Shown in pieces: positions 49,373 through 59,568 of a stretch of DNA of 64,000 bases. Location: the NCBI GenBank assembly GCA_963674705.1, contig OY771506.1, positions 2,976,001 through 3,040,000 of the forward strand, given 5' to 3'. Below the pieces are notes generated by a model. It made no database searches, was not told the DNA's origin, and was given only the letters and a program-made list of their open reading frames with translations. Made by a program: the position numbers and the translations under genes. Source of the stretch: Phycisphaeraceae bacterium (GTDB taxonomy: Bacteria > Planctomycetota > Phycisphaerae > Phycisphaerales > Phycisphaeraceae). Positions within the stretch are counted from its first letter, which is position 1; the number at the start of each line of letters is the position of its first letter.

Positions 49373-49945
49373 ATGTCAATCAACAAGGTTGATTTGCGGC
49401 GTGAGATGAAAGCGAACCGGGCGAAGATGTCGGCCGACGAGGTCGGCAAGGCGTCGGACACCATCCGCGTGCGCTTGCATGGCCTAAGGCAACTGCGCGA
49501 GGCGGGTGTGGTCTTCAGCTACGTCTCCATGTTCAACGAGCCCGACACGTACAACGTCATCCACGACCTGCTGGATGTGGGCAAACACATCTGCGTTCCA
49601 CGGCTGGACGATCACAACCAGATGCAGGCGCACCGTATCCGTCGGCTGGATGAACTCAGAGAAGGGGACGGCAAACAACTGCACATCCCCGTCCCCGCAG
49701 CCAATGCACCGATCCAGCAGCGCATCGACGTCGCGATCGTGCCGGGATTGGCGTTTACCGAGTCCGGCGAAAGGCTCGGACAGGGCGGCGGGCATTACGA
49801 TAAGTTTCTCGCCGACCACCCGGATGTCATCGCGATCGGTCTGTGCTACAGTTGGCAGATCGTCAAAGCACTACCAACCGAACCGCACGATCAGTTCCTG
49901 GATATGGTGGTCACCGAACGGCAGATCTACACCTGCACTGACTGA
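49373..49945 (+). CDS. 5-formyltetrahydrofolate cyclo-ligase
   Basis: K..LRREM, IVPGLAF, RLGQGGGHYD, EPHD..LD.VVTE. Confidence 0.92.
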   Translation: MSINKVDLRREMKANRAKMSADEVGKASDTIRVRLHGLRQLREAGVVFSYVSMFNEPDTYNVIHDLLDVGKHICVPRLDDHNQMQAHRIRRLDELREGDGKQLHIPVPAANAPIQQRIDVAIVPGLAFTESGERLGQGGGHYDKFLADHPDVIAIGLCYSWQIVKALPTEPHDQFLDMVVTERQIYTCTD

Positions 49946-49971
49946 TCGTCAAACTCGCCCGGGAGGATTCA

Positions 49972-51519
49972 ATGCACCGTCTATTTACCATCGCGCTCGC
50001 GTTTGTGGTTTTACATGTCCTGTTTGTTGCTCCGATTCATGCGGAGGTTGAACTGGAGATCGGCCCGGACACGACGGTGATTGATGGGCCGTTGAACGAG
50101 GATGGGACGATTGACTACCTCAGTTATGTGAATGGGAAGCTTCGAGAAAAAGTGAAGCTGGAGGACAATTTTGCGGTTGTGCTTCTGCAGACCATACATC
50201 CGGAAGATTGGACAAGTGAAAGCGTTCGGCAGCAGTCTCTTGCATGGTTGGGTGTTCAACAAACTGATCCATCCATGTACTTCCGACGTTACCCGACCTT
50301 CATGAGAGCACAGGCTGGCGAAAGTTCAAACCCTTCAGATTTCAACATAACCGATTCGCCTTGGTACGGGGAGGTTCAGAGGACGGCAGAAAACCCGTGG
50401 TCTGAAGAGGATTATCCCGAAGTCAAGCGTTGGCTTGACGAATCAGCAAGCAGCATGGACATGATTGCTCAGGGGCTAGATAGGAACGGCTTCGCGATAC
50501 CATTCTTTGTAGAAGAAGGCAAGGGTGAATCGTTGTGCATGGTTCCGTTAGCCCACTTAGGACACATCAGAGGTCTGGCGAGGGCTTATGCGTCACGTGC
50601 CGAGTTGAAGATTCATGATGGAGATATCGATGGGGCATGGATGGATGTCGTGGTGATACATCGGCTGGCACAAATAACAGAAGAACAGCCTGTTTTCATT
50701 TCACGGCTAGTGGCTTATTCAGTACATCAGTTTGCTATAAAGGTGAGTCAGGACATACTAAACAGTTCAGACGCATCGATTCAACAATTGCGTCGTGGGG
50801 TGAAAGAAACTCAAGCGATGCCGCGGATTTTAGAACTTACTGATGCGGTTGATACTGATTCAAGGCTCATGATGGTCGATCTGCTGCTGCGTTGCCGAAT
50901 CGGGCCGATACCTGACTTGCAGTTGTCGGAGAAAACCTACCAGTTTGTTGGTCATGAACTGTTTGATATCAATTTTGCACTGCGGGAATTAAACCGTCTT
51001 GCGGACCTGCAGGTTGAGATGTTTTCAATTGAATCTCCCAAAGATCGTCTAAATGCGTTGGAGCAGTTTGAACAGGAAGTCGGACAACGGTGTGATCAGG
51101 CCGAGTTAATGTTCAAGGGGAATCCCGAGGCGATAAAGGCGATGCGAGGATTGATTGAAGAAAGCAATATTTATACTGCTGGAGGATTGTACTTATTCAT
51201 TCATGATGTTTTCCCCAGACCCGCAATGTGTGAACAGGCGAAGCAGAGCATCCAGATGGCTCTAGAGCTGGAGGTTGTGGCATTTGCGATAGCTGCATAT
51301 CACGCCGATCGAGGTAAATTCCCGCCAGATTTAAATGCACTGTCCCTGGCGTATTTGCTGAATTTACCCGTGGATTTTGCGACCGGTGAGTTGCCGGTGT
51401 ATCGCGTGGAGGACGGGGTGGCGGTGGTGTATAGCTTCGGGGCCGATCTTGATGATGACGGTGGGGTCGAGGGGAATAGCGAGGATGGGGATATTGTAAT
51501 GCGGATTTCCCGGGAATGA
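49972..51519 (+). CDS. Secreted hypothetical protein with GspG-C-terminal-like tail (paralog 1)
   Basis: Signal peptide; IGPDTTVIDGPL.EDGTIDY; tail AIAAY..D.G.FP..L..L.....P.DF....VYSFGAD.DDDGG. Confidence 0.8.
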   Translation: MHRLFTIALAFVVLHVLFVAPIHAEVELEIGPDTTVIDGPLNEDGTIDYLSYVNGKLREKVKLEDNFAVVLLQTIHPEDWTSESVRQQSLAWLGVQQTDPSMYFRRYPTFMRAQAGESSNPSDFNITDSPWYGEVQRTAENPWSEEDYPEVKRWLDESASSMDMIAQGLDRNGFAIPFFVEEGKGESLCMVPLAHLGHIRGLARAYASRAELKIHDGDIDGAWMDVVVIHRLAQITEEQPVFISRLVAYSVHQFAIKVSQDILNSSDASIQQLRRGVKETQAMPRILELTDAVDTDSRLMMVDLLLRCRIGPIPDLQLSEKTYQFVGHELFDINFALRELNRLADLQVEMFSIESPKDRLNALEQFEQEVGQRCDQAELMFKGNPEAIKAMRGLIEESNIYTAGGLYLFIHDVFPRPAMCEQAKQSIQMALELEVVAFAIAAYHADRGKFPPDLNALSLAYLLNLPVDFATGELPVYRVEDGVAVVYSFGADLDDDGGVEGNSEDGDIVMRISRE

Positions 51520-51582
51520 GGTCGGGTAGATGATATCCTGTATCTTGTGGAGTGCCCGAACCACTTTTCCTGGGAGGTAGCT

Positions 51583-53097
51583 ATGGCACGTTTCTACATC
51601 ATCGCGATTTGCCTGGCCATATCTTTTTCGCAGGTGATTGCTGAAGTCGAGTTAGAGATCGGCCCGGACACGACGGTGATTGATGGGCCGTTGAAGCCGG
51701 ACGGGACGATTGACTACCTGGCGTATCTGAATCAAAAACTGGTCGCGAAGGTGAGGCCGGAGGAAAACTTCGCGGTGGACGTGGTGCGTACGATGCCGGC
51801 CGAATTTTGGTGGTCGGCGGATGTCGGACGGAAGACGCGCGCGTGGCTGGGGCTGAAGGATGAGCAAGACGATGCGGTTCTGTTCCGGTCTTTTACGGAC
51901 TACATGGCCAAACTGGGTGAGAAGCGGGAAGGATCGAAGTGGTCGGATGATGAGATTGCTGCATCGGAAAACCCCTGGGCGGAATCGGAATATCCACAAG
52001 TGAAGCGCTGGCTGGACGAGCAGGCGGCGGCGATGGACCTGATCGCGGAGGCTTCGGGCAAACAGCAATATGTGATGCCTTTGATCGTGGGGGATGAGCA
52101 GCAAGCGTTTCTTTTATTGGTATCGAAACGGCACGTGGCGCAAATAGCGTTTCTGACGCGAGCGTTTGCGGCCCGTGCAGAACTTAAGATCAACAATGGA
52201 GATCTCACAGGCGCCACTTCAGACATCATGGTGATGCATCGTCTGGCAAATCTGACCTTACAACAAGAAGATGTGATGTCCTGGTTGTATGGTGCGACAA
52301 TCCACGGACGAGCCATGAAGGTATGTGATGACTTGCTGGCCAGCAATAAAGCAAAGCCTGAAGATATTCGCCAGCTGATTGATGACTACACTTCTATACC
52401 CCGTCTTAAGGATATTGCGCCGGCTATCGACAGATACGAGCGGTTTGGTGCGATTGAATACCTGTTGTTCTTGCATGAGCATAAGGAAGAACTGCCCGAG
52501 ATTTGGGAAAAGAACCATGTGTATATCAAGCACGATTCGTTTGATGTGAATTATGCTTTAAGGCAGATTAATCACTACTACGATCGGATTGTCGAAGCTC
52601 TATCCATTGAAGATACGAAACAACGTGTTGTCGCAACGAACGCGATCGAAAGAGAACTGGATAAGCTGTATGAACAAACCAATTTAATGCTTGGTGGGGA
52701 CGAACAGGCGATTGACGCAATGCGGGGGGTGATTGAGGCATCTAATCTTCATACGGCGATCGGTCTGAACCTGTTTCTGGCTGATGAGATCAGAAGTAAG
52801 TGTGAGTTGGCCGGAGCGCAATTGCGGGTGCAGATGCGATTGGACCTGCAACCAGTCGTATGTGCGATCGCGGCGTACCACGTGGAGCACGGCGAGTATC
52901 CGCCAGATCTGCAAGCGCTGACGCCCGTGTATCTCTTGGATTTACCCGTGGATTTTGCGACGGGGCAGTTGCCTGTCTATCGCGTGGAGGACGGGGTGGC
53001 GGTGGTGTATAGCTTCGGGGTTGATATGGATGATGATGGCGGGACGGATGGGGGTAATGAGGATGGGGATATTGTGGTTCGGGTGGATCGAAGGTGA
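51583..53097 (+). CDS. Secreted hypothetical protein with GspG-C-terminal-like tail (paralog 2)
   Basis: Same architecture as 49972-51519; GGAGG RBS. Confidence 0.8.
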   Translation: MARFYIIAICLAISFSQVIAEVELEIGPDTTVIDGPLKPDGTIDYLAYLNQKLVAKVRPEENFAVDVVRTMPAEFWWSADVGRKTRAWLGLKDEQDDAVLFRSFTDYMAKLGEKREGSKWSDDEIAASENPWAESEYPQVKRWLDEQAAAMDLIAEASGKQQYVMPLIVGDEQQAFLLLVSKRHVAQIAFLTRAFAARAELKINNGDLTGATSDIMVMHRLANLTLQQEDVMSWLYGATIHGRAMKVCDDLLASNKAKPEDIRQLIDDYTSIPRLKDIAPAIDRYERFGAIEYLLFLHEHKEELPEIWEKNHVYIKHDSFDVNYALRQINHYYDRIVEALSIEDTKQRVVATNAIERELDKLYEQTNLMLGGDEQAIDAMRGVIEASNLHTAIGLNLFLADEIRSKCELAGAQLRVQMRLDLQPVVCAIAAYHVEHGEYPPDLQALTPVYLLDLPVDFATGQLPVYRVEDGVAVVYSFGVDMDDDGGTDGGNEDGDIVVRVDRR

Positions 53098-53100
53098 GGT

Positions 53101-53348
53101 TGGATGTTCAATGTTCAATCTATTATTTGTGCCAATAGCTAATAGCTTCTTTCTCCCCCAACGCCGGTTCTGAGCGCAGCGAAGGGGCGGGTAGCTTTGG
53201 GGCTGGGTGAGTTTGCTTGTTAAGGTGCGCGCGACCCGGCGGGTCGCGGCTGTGGGGGGTTGTTGAATTATGCGCGAGAGGTTTCGGTTGAATTGAGCAC
53301 GTGAGGTATTCGGCCCTCACCCCGGCCCTCTCCCGGGGGGAGAGGGGG
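53101..53348. repeat. Composite repeat copy I (core 53157-53191) and BoxC-like palindrome (53314-53348, - strand)
   Basis: Direct reading; lies between convergent genes. Confidence 0.85.
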
Positions 53349-53383
53349 AAAGGTGCGCTGACGCGGGATCGTTGGTGGGCGGA

Positions 53384-54247
53384 TTAATCGTTGTGGATTG
53401 GGTGGACGGTGGCGTGGATGAGGCCTAAGCGGGAGGGGATGTTGAACCAGCCTTCGTTGTGGTCGTAGGTGATGGTGTAGCCATCGACCTGGGGCAGGTG
53501 GACGGGGCGATAGGTGGTGTCGTAGACGGGCAGGTAGATGCGGCCGGCGGCGTCGGTGATCTGGTTGGGGTAGATGAGAACGAGGCGTTGGTCGAGTTTG
53601 GTTTTTTCTTCGATAACGCGGTCGCAGCCGATCTCGACGGTGCCGACGTTGAGATTGAGCAGGGTCTGGCCCTTGGGGTTTTTGTATTCGATGATGAGAA
53701 GCTTGGGGGCGAGGTCGATGGCTTGTTGGAAGTAGTCTTTGGCGGCGGAGGGGTCGTTGCTCTGTTGATGCCAGAGGGCGAGGAGGTAGTGGGGGTAAAA
53801 GTATTGGGGATCAGTTGATGGTTGGTTTTCGGATGATGTGCCTGCGTGCTGAAGCACGCCTCGCCGCGTTAGGATTTCGCGTGTTTCGTCCGAAGCGAAG
53901 TCATCACTGCGGGCTAAGTCGGCGCAGGTGAGGATGGCGGATTCTTCTTCTTCGGGGATGACGAATTTAGGGTCGCGGTAGCGGGGTTTGTTGTAGGTGT
54001 ACTGGGCATTGGCGGCGTTGGGTTTGACCAGCGTGGTCTCGATGACGGAGGAGGCGGTCCAGTCGGCGCGGTCGGCCCAGAACAGGTGGGTGCGGTCGAA
54101 GTGCACGCGTTTTTCGACGCTGCGCAGCGAAACCCATGTGAGGAAGAAGAGGACGACGCAACCGATCGCGGTGCCGAGCAGGATCATTTTGCCGGACACG
54201 ACGGGGTGTGCGGGGTGGCTATTGGCGGGTGTTTCGTGGCTGGTCAT
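53384..54247 (-). CDS. Membrane-anchored hypothetical protein with one TPR-like motif
   Basis: Single TM; YPHYLLALWH...AKDYFQQAIDLAP; directly abuts the upstream HAD gene. Confidence 0.7.
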   Translation of the reverse strand: MTSHETPANSHPAHPVVSGKMILLGTAIGCVVLFFLTWVSLRSVEKRVHFDRTHLFWADRADWTASSVIETTLVKPNAANAQYTYNKPRYRDPKFVIPEEEESAILTCADLARSDDFASDETREILTRRGVLQHAGTSSENQPSTDPQYFYPHYLLALWHQQSNDPSAAKDYFQQAIDLAPKLLIIEYKNPKGQTLLNLNVGTVEIGCDRVIEEKTKLDQRLVLIYPNQITDAAGRIYLPVYDTTYRPVHLPQVDGYTITYDHNEGWFNIPSRLGLIHATVHPIHND

Positions 54248-54886
54248 TTAGATGAGGTTATGCATCTTGAGGTGGGAAGTCATCTGTGAAGCGGGATCGT
54301 TTTGATCGGTGACTTGCATGGCGTGCCAGCCGCGTGCTTTGGCGGCTTCGATATTTTCGGGTGCATCGTCGAAGAAGAGGATCGCCTCGGGCGGTTGGCC
54401 GGTGGCTTGTTCGACGTGCTGGTAGATGCTTAGATTGGGTTTACGGTCTCGCACGAGGTGGCTGGCGAAGCGGTGGTGCAGTTTTTCGAGCGGCAGGTTA
54501 TTGGGATGATCCGGCGTGGTCATGGCCTGCCAGTGGTTGGCATTGGTGTTGGAGAGGCAGGCGGTCTGGAAGCCGGCGGTGTGTAGCGTGTCGATGAGGT
54601 CGTCGATGCCGGGGTACGCGCCGCAGAGCCAGGCGTCGGACATGGCCTTGGCTTCTTCGGGGGTCAGGCCCAAGTGCGGGGCGGATCGTTCAAAGAACTC
54701 ATCTTTACTCAGTGCGCCGACTTCTTCGAGGTGGACGAGTTTGATGACTTCGTCTTTGACATCATCCGTAAGCGATTTGGTGGGTGTGACGCCGGCGAGT
54801 TCGCATGCATGATCCCAGCCGTCGCAGAGCCGGATGAGTACGCCGCCGAGGTCGAAGATGATGAGTTGGATGGTGTTGGTGGGCAT
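54248..54886 (-). CDS. HAD-superfamily phosphatase (YihX-like)
   Basis: IIFDLGGVL, LSNTN, KP, FFDD..ENIEAA. Confidence 0.9.
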   Translation of the reverse strand: MPTNTIQLIIFDLGGVLIRLCDGWDHACELAGVTPTKSLTDDVKDEVIKLVHLEEVGALSKDEFFERSAPHLGLTPEEAKAMSDAWLCGAYPGIDDLIDTLHTAGFQTACLSNTNANHWQAMTTPDHPNNLPLEKLHHRFASHLVRDRKPNLSIYQHVEQATGQPPEAILFFDDAPENIEAAKARGWHAMQVTDQNDPASQMTSHLKMHNLI

Positions 54887-54932
54887 GGGTAATCATTTAA
54901 TAACGCGACAAGTCGCGTCGCGTCGTAGGGTG

Positions 54933-56207
54933 TTATCCGCGTGTTTGGCCGTTGCCGTAGGCGATCCATTTGTAGGTGGTCAGGTCGTCTGCGCCCATGG
55001 GGCCGCGAGCGTGGAGTTTGTCGGTGCTGATGCCGATTTCCGCGCCCAGGCCGTACTCCCCGCCGTCGGAGAAGCGGGTGGAGCAGTTGACGAAGGCGTT
55101 GGCGGTGTCGACACGCTTGACGAATTCGTCGGCGGCGTCGAGGCGTGTGGTGACGATGGCGTCCGTGTGTTGTGAGCCGTAGGTGTTGATGTGGTCGATG
55201 GCGGCATCGAGTGAATCGACGACGCGCATGGCTACGATCATGTCCAGGTATTCTTCGTACCAGTCATCTTCTGTGGCGGGCTTGGTATCGGGAAGGATTT
55301 TACATGTCGCTTCGCAGCCGCGGATTTCGGTGCCTTTGTCGATCAGCGCCTGGCCGATTGTTTTGAGCAGGCCACGGTCGGCGGCGGCTTTGTGGATGAG
55401 GATGGTCTCGGCCGCGTTGCAGACGCCGGTGCGTTGCGTCTTGGCGTTGATGCAGATATCCAGCGCCATCTTGTCGTCACAGTCGGCATCGACATAGACG
55501 TGGCAGTTGCCGGCGTAGTGCTTGATGACGGGGATGTGCGACTGTTCGACGACGGCCTTGATCAGGGAGGTGCCGCCACGCGGGATGCAGATATCGATCT
55601 TGCCGACCATCTTGAGCAGTTCGCCGACGACAGCGCGGTCGGTGGTGGGCACGAGCTGCACGGCGTTCGGGTCGATACCGACCGCTTTGAGTCCGGCCTG
55701 CACGCATTCGGCGATCGCCTTGTTGGAATGCACCGCTTCCTTGCCGCCACGCAATATCACGGCATTGCCGCTTTTCAGGCACAGTGCAGCAGCGTCAGAA
55801 GTGACGTTCGGGCGAGACTCGAAGATGATCAGCACGACGCCGATGGGCACGCGGACTTTCTGCAGGTTCAGCCCGTTGGGCAGGACGCGCCCTTCCTGGA
55901 CCTTGCCGACGGGGTCGGTCTGTTCGGCGACCTGGCGTACGGCTTCGGCCATGGAGGCGATACGCTTGTCATCGATCTTGAGTCGATCGAGCATGGCGCT
56001 GCTCAGGCCGTTCTTTTCGCCGTCGGCGAGGTCGAGGGCGTTAGCCTGCTTGAGCTTGTCGGCCGAGGCGAGCAGTTGATCGGCGATCTTGCGCAATGCT
56101 TCATCGCGGACGCGGCCCGGGACGGTACAGAGGCTACGGCCGGCCTTGACGGCCTGGTCGGCGAGGGTGTTGCTAAGCGTGGTGATGTCGGGGGTGCTTG
56201 TCGTCAT
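54933..56207 (-). CDS. proA: Gamma-glutamyl phosphate reductase
   Basis: IFESRPNVT, GNAVILRGGKEA, GVCNAAET, NCSTRFSDGGEYGLGAEIGIST.KLHARGPMG. Confidence 0.96.
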   Translation of the reverse strand: MTTSTPDITTLSNTLADQAVKAGRSLCTVPGRVRDEALRKIADQLLASADKLKQANALDLADGEKNGLSSAMLDRLKIDDKRIASMAEAVRQVAEQTDPVGKVQEGRVLPNGLNLQKVRVPIGVVLIIFESRPNVTSDAAALCLKSGNAVILRGGKEAVHSNKAIAECVQAGLKAVGIDPNAVQLVPTTDRAVVGELLKMVGKIDICIPRGGTSLIKAVVEQSHIPVIKHYAGNCHVYVDADCDDKMALDICINAKTQRTGVCNAAETILIHKAAADRGLLKTIGQALIDKGTEIRGCEATCKILPDTKPATEDDWYEEYLDMIVAMRVVDSLDAAIDHINTYGSQHTDAIVTTRLDAADEFVKRVDTANAFVNCSTRFSDGGEYGLGAEIGISTDKLHARGPMGADDLTTYKWIAYGNGQTRG

Positions 56208-56247
56208 AGTGGCGACATTGTAGCACGTGGATTTGGCTTGGAAGGCG

Positions 56248-57330
56248 CTACGGCGTGGTTTCCAGCTTGGTCGCGGAGTAGGTAATCGTCGTGATATCAG
56301 CGGGTTTGGTGACGGTGTACTCAACACCCGTGGGCACGTTGATGATCAGTGTGGCGCTGTGGACCGTGTCGTCTGTGAGGTCGGACAGTTTGATATTGAT
56401 CCAGGCATTGACGAGGCTTTCGTTTTCCCGGATGCTGCGGATGGCATTGGTCGAACCGCTGAGTGTAAGCTCGATGAAACGCTGGGACTCAGGATCGATA
56501 CGGATATTGTATTTGCCGGTCAGTTCGTCGGTGATCAGCAGCTTCACCTGTACTCTCTCGAGTTGCAGCGTTTCGGTTTGCTTACGGATGATGAACTTCA
56601 CCCGAACACTATCCATGTTGAGTGAGACGAAGGGCTTGTTCTGCAACTCGGGGGGCAGGTCCAGATCAACTAGGTAGTTTAATGGGACGCCTGGAGTCAA
56701 CGTGCTTGGATCGAGCTGATCCAGATTCGCGATGAGCCTGAGTTTCTGAGTTTTCACGAGATCGGCGAGTTCGACGGGCATCTTGACGCTGATCACGCTG
56801 ATCGGTTCGTCGCCGCTTTCATTAAAGATAGTCGGCATTTCGTTAGGTTGATCAGATAGTTCCAACGAGCCTCGTTCGATCCGGATGCCCATCTGAACAT
56901 CTTCCAGTGACTGAACACGGACTTTCACAGTGTCCTTTTCGACTTCCTTCACGAAAGCGTTGAGGTGATCGAGCTGGGACAGGTTAAGTGCGTCTTTGAG
57001 ATTGATTGTCTGATCTTCTGATAGTGCTGTGCCGGGGTCGGCGACTTCGATATCGATGGTGTTCTGACGCAGCCAGTCATTGATCCTGGCCCAGTCGCCA
57101 CGTGAGGCCTGGATGGTGGCGTCGACCTTGATCTGGTTGGTAGCGTTTTCCACTTGCGTGACGTCGAGAGTGGAAACCACAAGGTCCTGAACGGGTGCGA
57201 CGAACCTGACGGTGATCTTTTTGCTCTGCGTACTGATCGTTTCGCCCTCGGCGTAGAGCCAGATCAGGCAGCTGATCACGGTCACCACCACAATCGTTTC
57301 CAGGATTTCGAGCAGTCGGCCTTGCTTCAT
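56248..57330 (-). CDS. CdaR/YbbR-like membrane-anchored protein
   Basis: N-terminal TM (..LIWLYA) followed by beta-rich repeats; directly downstream of cdaA. Confidence 0.6.
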   Translation of the reverse strand: MKQGRLLEILETIVVVTVISCLIWLYAEGETISTQSKKITVRFVAPVQDLVVSTLDVTQVENATNQIKVDATIQASRGDWARINDWLRQNTIDIEVADPGTALSEDQTINLKDALNLSQLDHLNAFVKEVEKDTVKVRVQSLEDVQMGIRIERGSLELSDQPNEMPTIFNESGDEPISVISVKMPVELADLVKTQKLRLIANLDQLDPSTLTPGVPLNYLVDLDLPPELQNKPFVSLNMDSVRVKFIIRKQTETLQLERVQVKLLITDELTGKYNIRIDPESQRFIELTLSGSTNAIRSIRENESLVNAWINIKLSDLTDDTVHSATLIINVPTGVEYTVTKPADITTITYSATKLETTP

Positions 57331-57346
57331 GGTTGGTTGGGTGTGG

Positions 57347-58225
57347 CTACTTGCCGAAGTTTCCGTTCATATCTGATTCGCCGTTAGGTTCTGCGGACGA
57401 ACCGTTGTCTTTGCTGGTCATCGAGACGGTGCCGAAGGCTTTGCTGAGCACGGGCCTCAGGTCGTCGGGGGTCAGGCCCCGCTTGAGTTCGCCACGTTCA
57501 GCGACGCTGATCGTGCCGGTCTCTTCGCTGACGATCAGGACCAGTGCGTCGGCTTCCTGGCTTAACCCGATGGCGGCGCGGTGGCGTGAGCCCAGTTCCT
57601 GCGGCAGGTTTTCACCGTCGGCCAGGGGGAACTGCACGCCGGCGGCGATGATGCGGTCGCCCCGGATGACCACGCCCATGTCGTGCAGGGCGGAGCCGGG
57701 CCAAAAGATCGTGTCCAATAGCTGCTTGGTGACCTCGGCGTCGAGGCGTGTGCCCAGCTCGACGATCCCGCGCAGGCCGACACGCCGTTCGATGGCGATC
57801 AGGGCGCCGATCTTGTTCTTGGACAGGTATTCAATCGCGGCGACCAGCTCCTCGATGACGCGGGCACGTCGCAGGCCGCTTTGGCGGAAGAAGCGTGCCT
57901 CACCCAGGCGGACCAGGGCCCGGCGTAGTTCGGGCTGGAACACGATAATCAGCGTCAGCGATATGATCGGCAGGGTCTTGGCGTAGAGCAGGTTCAAGCG
58001 TTCGAAGGCGCCTTCACGGCCGAAGAGGATGATCGTGATCACGCCGAGGACGAGGATCAGGGCCACACCCTTGATGACGCGTGCTCCGCGCGTGCCCCGC
58101 AGGAAGCGGTAGATGATCAGCACGACGATCCAGATGACCGCCAACTCAACAGCGACCTCCCAGGGGCTTTCCTCGACTTGGCCCTGGACACGTTCGAAGA
58201 GTTCGGTGAGCCGGTCAAACTGCAA
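57347..58225 (-). CDS. cdaA: Diadenylate cyclase CdaA/DacA
   Basis: Three TMs, IVFQPELRRAL, GALIAIER, LHDMGV, LGSRHRAAIGLS, VSEETG.IS. Confidence 0.9.
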   Translation of the reverse strand: MQFDRLTELFERVQGQVEESPWEVAVELAVIWIVVLIIYRFLRGTRGARVIKGVALILVLGVITIILFGREGAFERLNLLYAKTLPIISLTLIIVFQPELRRALVRLGEARFFRQSGLRRARVIEELVAAIEYLSKNKIGALIAIERRVGLRGIVELGTRLDAEVTKQLLDTIFWPGSALHDMGVVIRGDRIIAAGVQFPLADGENLPQELGSRHRAAIGLSQEADALVLIVSEETGTISVAERGELKRGLTPDDLRPVLSKAFGTVSMTSKDNGSSAEPNGESDMNGNFGK

Positions 58226-58457
58226 AACGGGTTCCTGTCGGGTGCGGGGGCATGGGCCCAGGCGCGGAACGACCGGTTGATCGCTCTATTGACGCGCATT
58301 GGGAAATATCGGCCGGTTCCGCCTGTGGCGGCGAAAAGTCCTGGCGCTACTGATCGGTCCTTGGTGAAGACCGATAATGCCCAGACCCGGCTAAGGCAAT
58401 CATAGCCTCCTACTGTTATACTCGCACAAAGTTTCTCTAGTTCTCGGAACCGATCTG

Positions 58458-59384
58458 ATGCAGGCGTTAGAACGATTACGCAGCAACATCCAGAAGTGTT
58501 ACCTGGGCAACCAGGCGGCGATCGATAAGCTGATCGTCTGCCTGCTGGCCGGCGGGCATATGTTGATCGAGGATGTGCCGGGCGTCGGCAAGACGATGCT
58601 TGCCTCGGCGCTGGCGCGCAGCCTGGACTGCTCGATGTCACGATTGCAGTTGACGCCGGACATGCTCCCGTCGGACGTGCTGGGCGTGACGGTGTGGGAT
58701 CAGCAGAAGAGCGAATTCGTCTTTAAGCCCGGGCCCGTATTCTCGAACATCCTGCTGGCCGACGAGGTGAATCGCACCACGCCGCGGACGCAGTCGGCCC
58801 TGCTGGAGGCGATGAACGAGGCGCAGGTCTCGATTGACGGGCAGACCCGCAAGCTGCTGCAGCCGTTCATCGTGATCGCGACGCAGAACCCCTTTGAATT
58901 TGAGGGCACATACTTCCTGCCGGAGAGCCAGCTTGACCGTTTCCTGATGCGGATCAGCCTGGGCTATCCGAGCCCGGACGATGAGTCACGCATCCTGACG
59001 CTGGACCCCTCGCGTAACGAGCTGGGCTCGCTTCGGCCGGTGTTGACCGCCAACGAGCTGGTGAAGCTGCAGGAACAGGTGCAGGATACGAAGATCGATC
59101 CGGTGCTGGTGGATTACGTCGTTCAGATCGCCGGGGCGACACGCCGGGATGAGCAATTGCAGACAGGCGTATCGACGCGCGGAGCGCTGTCCCTGATGCA
59201 CGCAGCCAAAGCGACGGCCATGCTCAATGAGCGGGATTATGTCATCCCGGAAGACATCACCAGTAACGTCGTGTCGGTGTTCTCGCACCGCGTGATCCCC
59301 AAGAGCTACACGCACGACGGCGACAATGTCACGGCCTCACGCATCATGCAGCGGATCCTCGAGACGATCCCGTCTCCTGTTTGA
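58458..59384 (+). CDS. moxR: MoxR family AAA+ ATPase
   Basis: HMLIEDVPGVGKT, LADEVNR, ATQNP, LPESQLDRF. Confidence 0.92.
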   Translation: MQALERLRSNIQKCYLGNQAAIDKLIVCLLAGGHMLIEDVPGVGKTMLASALARSLDCSMSRLQLTPDMLPSDVLGVTVWDQQKSEFVFKPGPVFSNILLADEVNRTTPRTQSALLEAMNEAQVSIDGQTRKLLQPFIVIATQNPFEFEGTYFLPESQLDRFLMRISLGYPSPDDESRILTLDPSRNELGSLRPVLTANELVKLQEQVQDTKIDPVLVDYVVQIAGATRRDEQLQTGVSTRGALSLMHAAKATAMLNERDYVIPEDITSNVVSVFSHRVIPKSYTHDGDNVTASRIMQRILETIPSPV

Positions 59385-59506
59385 CCGTGACTTCGTTTTA
59401 ACATTTTACTGACTGCGCTGGACACGGTTCTTATTCAGCCAGAGCGTTGTTATTGAAGGAAGGCCCGGCCAGGTGTGGTCGGGTTAGATGGGGGTGAAGT
59501 GCGGAT

Positions 59507-59539
59507 AAAAAACAACCCATGGCACTGGCCATGGGTTGT
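59507..59539 (-). terminator. Intrinsic terminator
   Basis: 12-bp stem ACAACCCATGGC/GCCATGGGTTGT with T-run on the minus strand. Confidence 0.7.
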
Positions 59540-59568
59540 CGTAGTGAAGTTGAAGGCTAATTAACCGA

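Noticed and set aside
49972..53097. Diversity-generating retroelement (TR/VR pair)
   Set aside because: No reverse transcriptase is in the window, and differences are not adenine-specific.
55392..56285. 297-aa plus-strand ORF
   Set aside because: Antisense shadow of proA.
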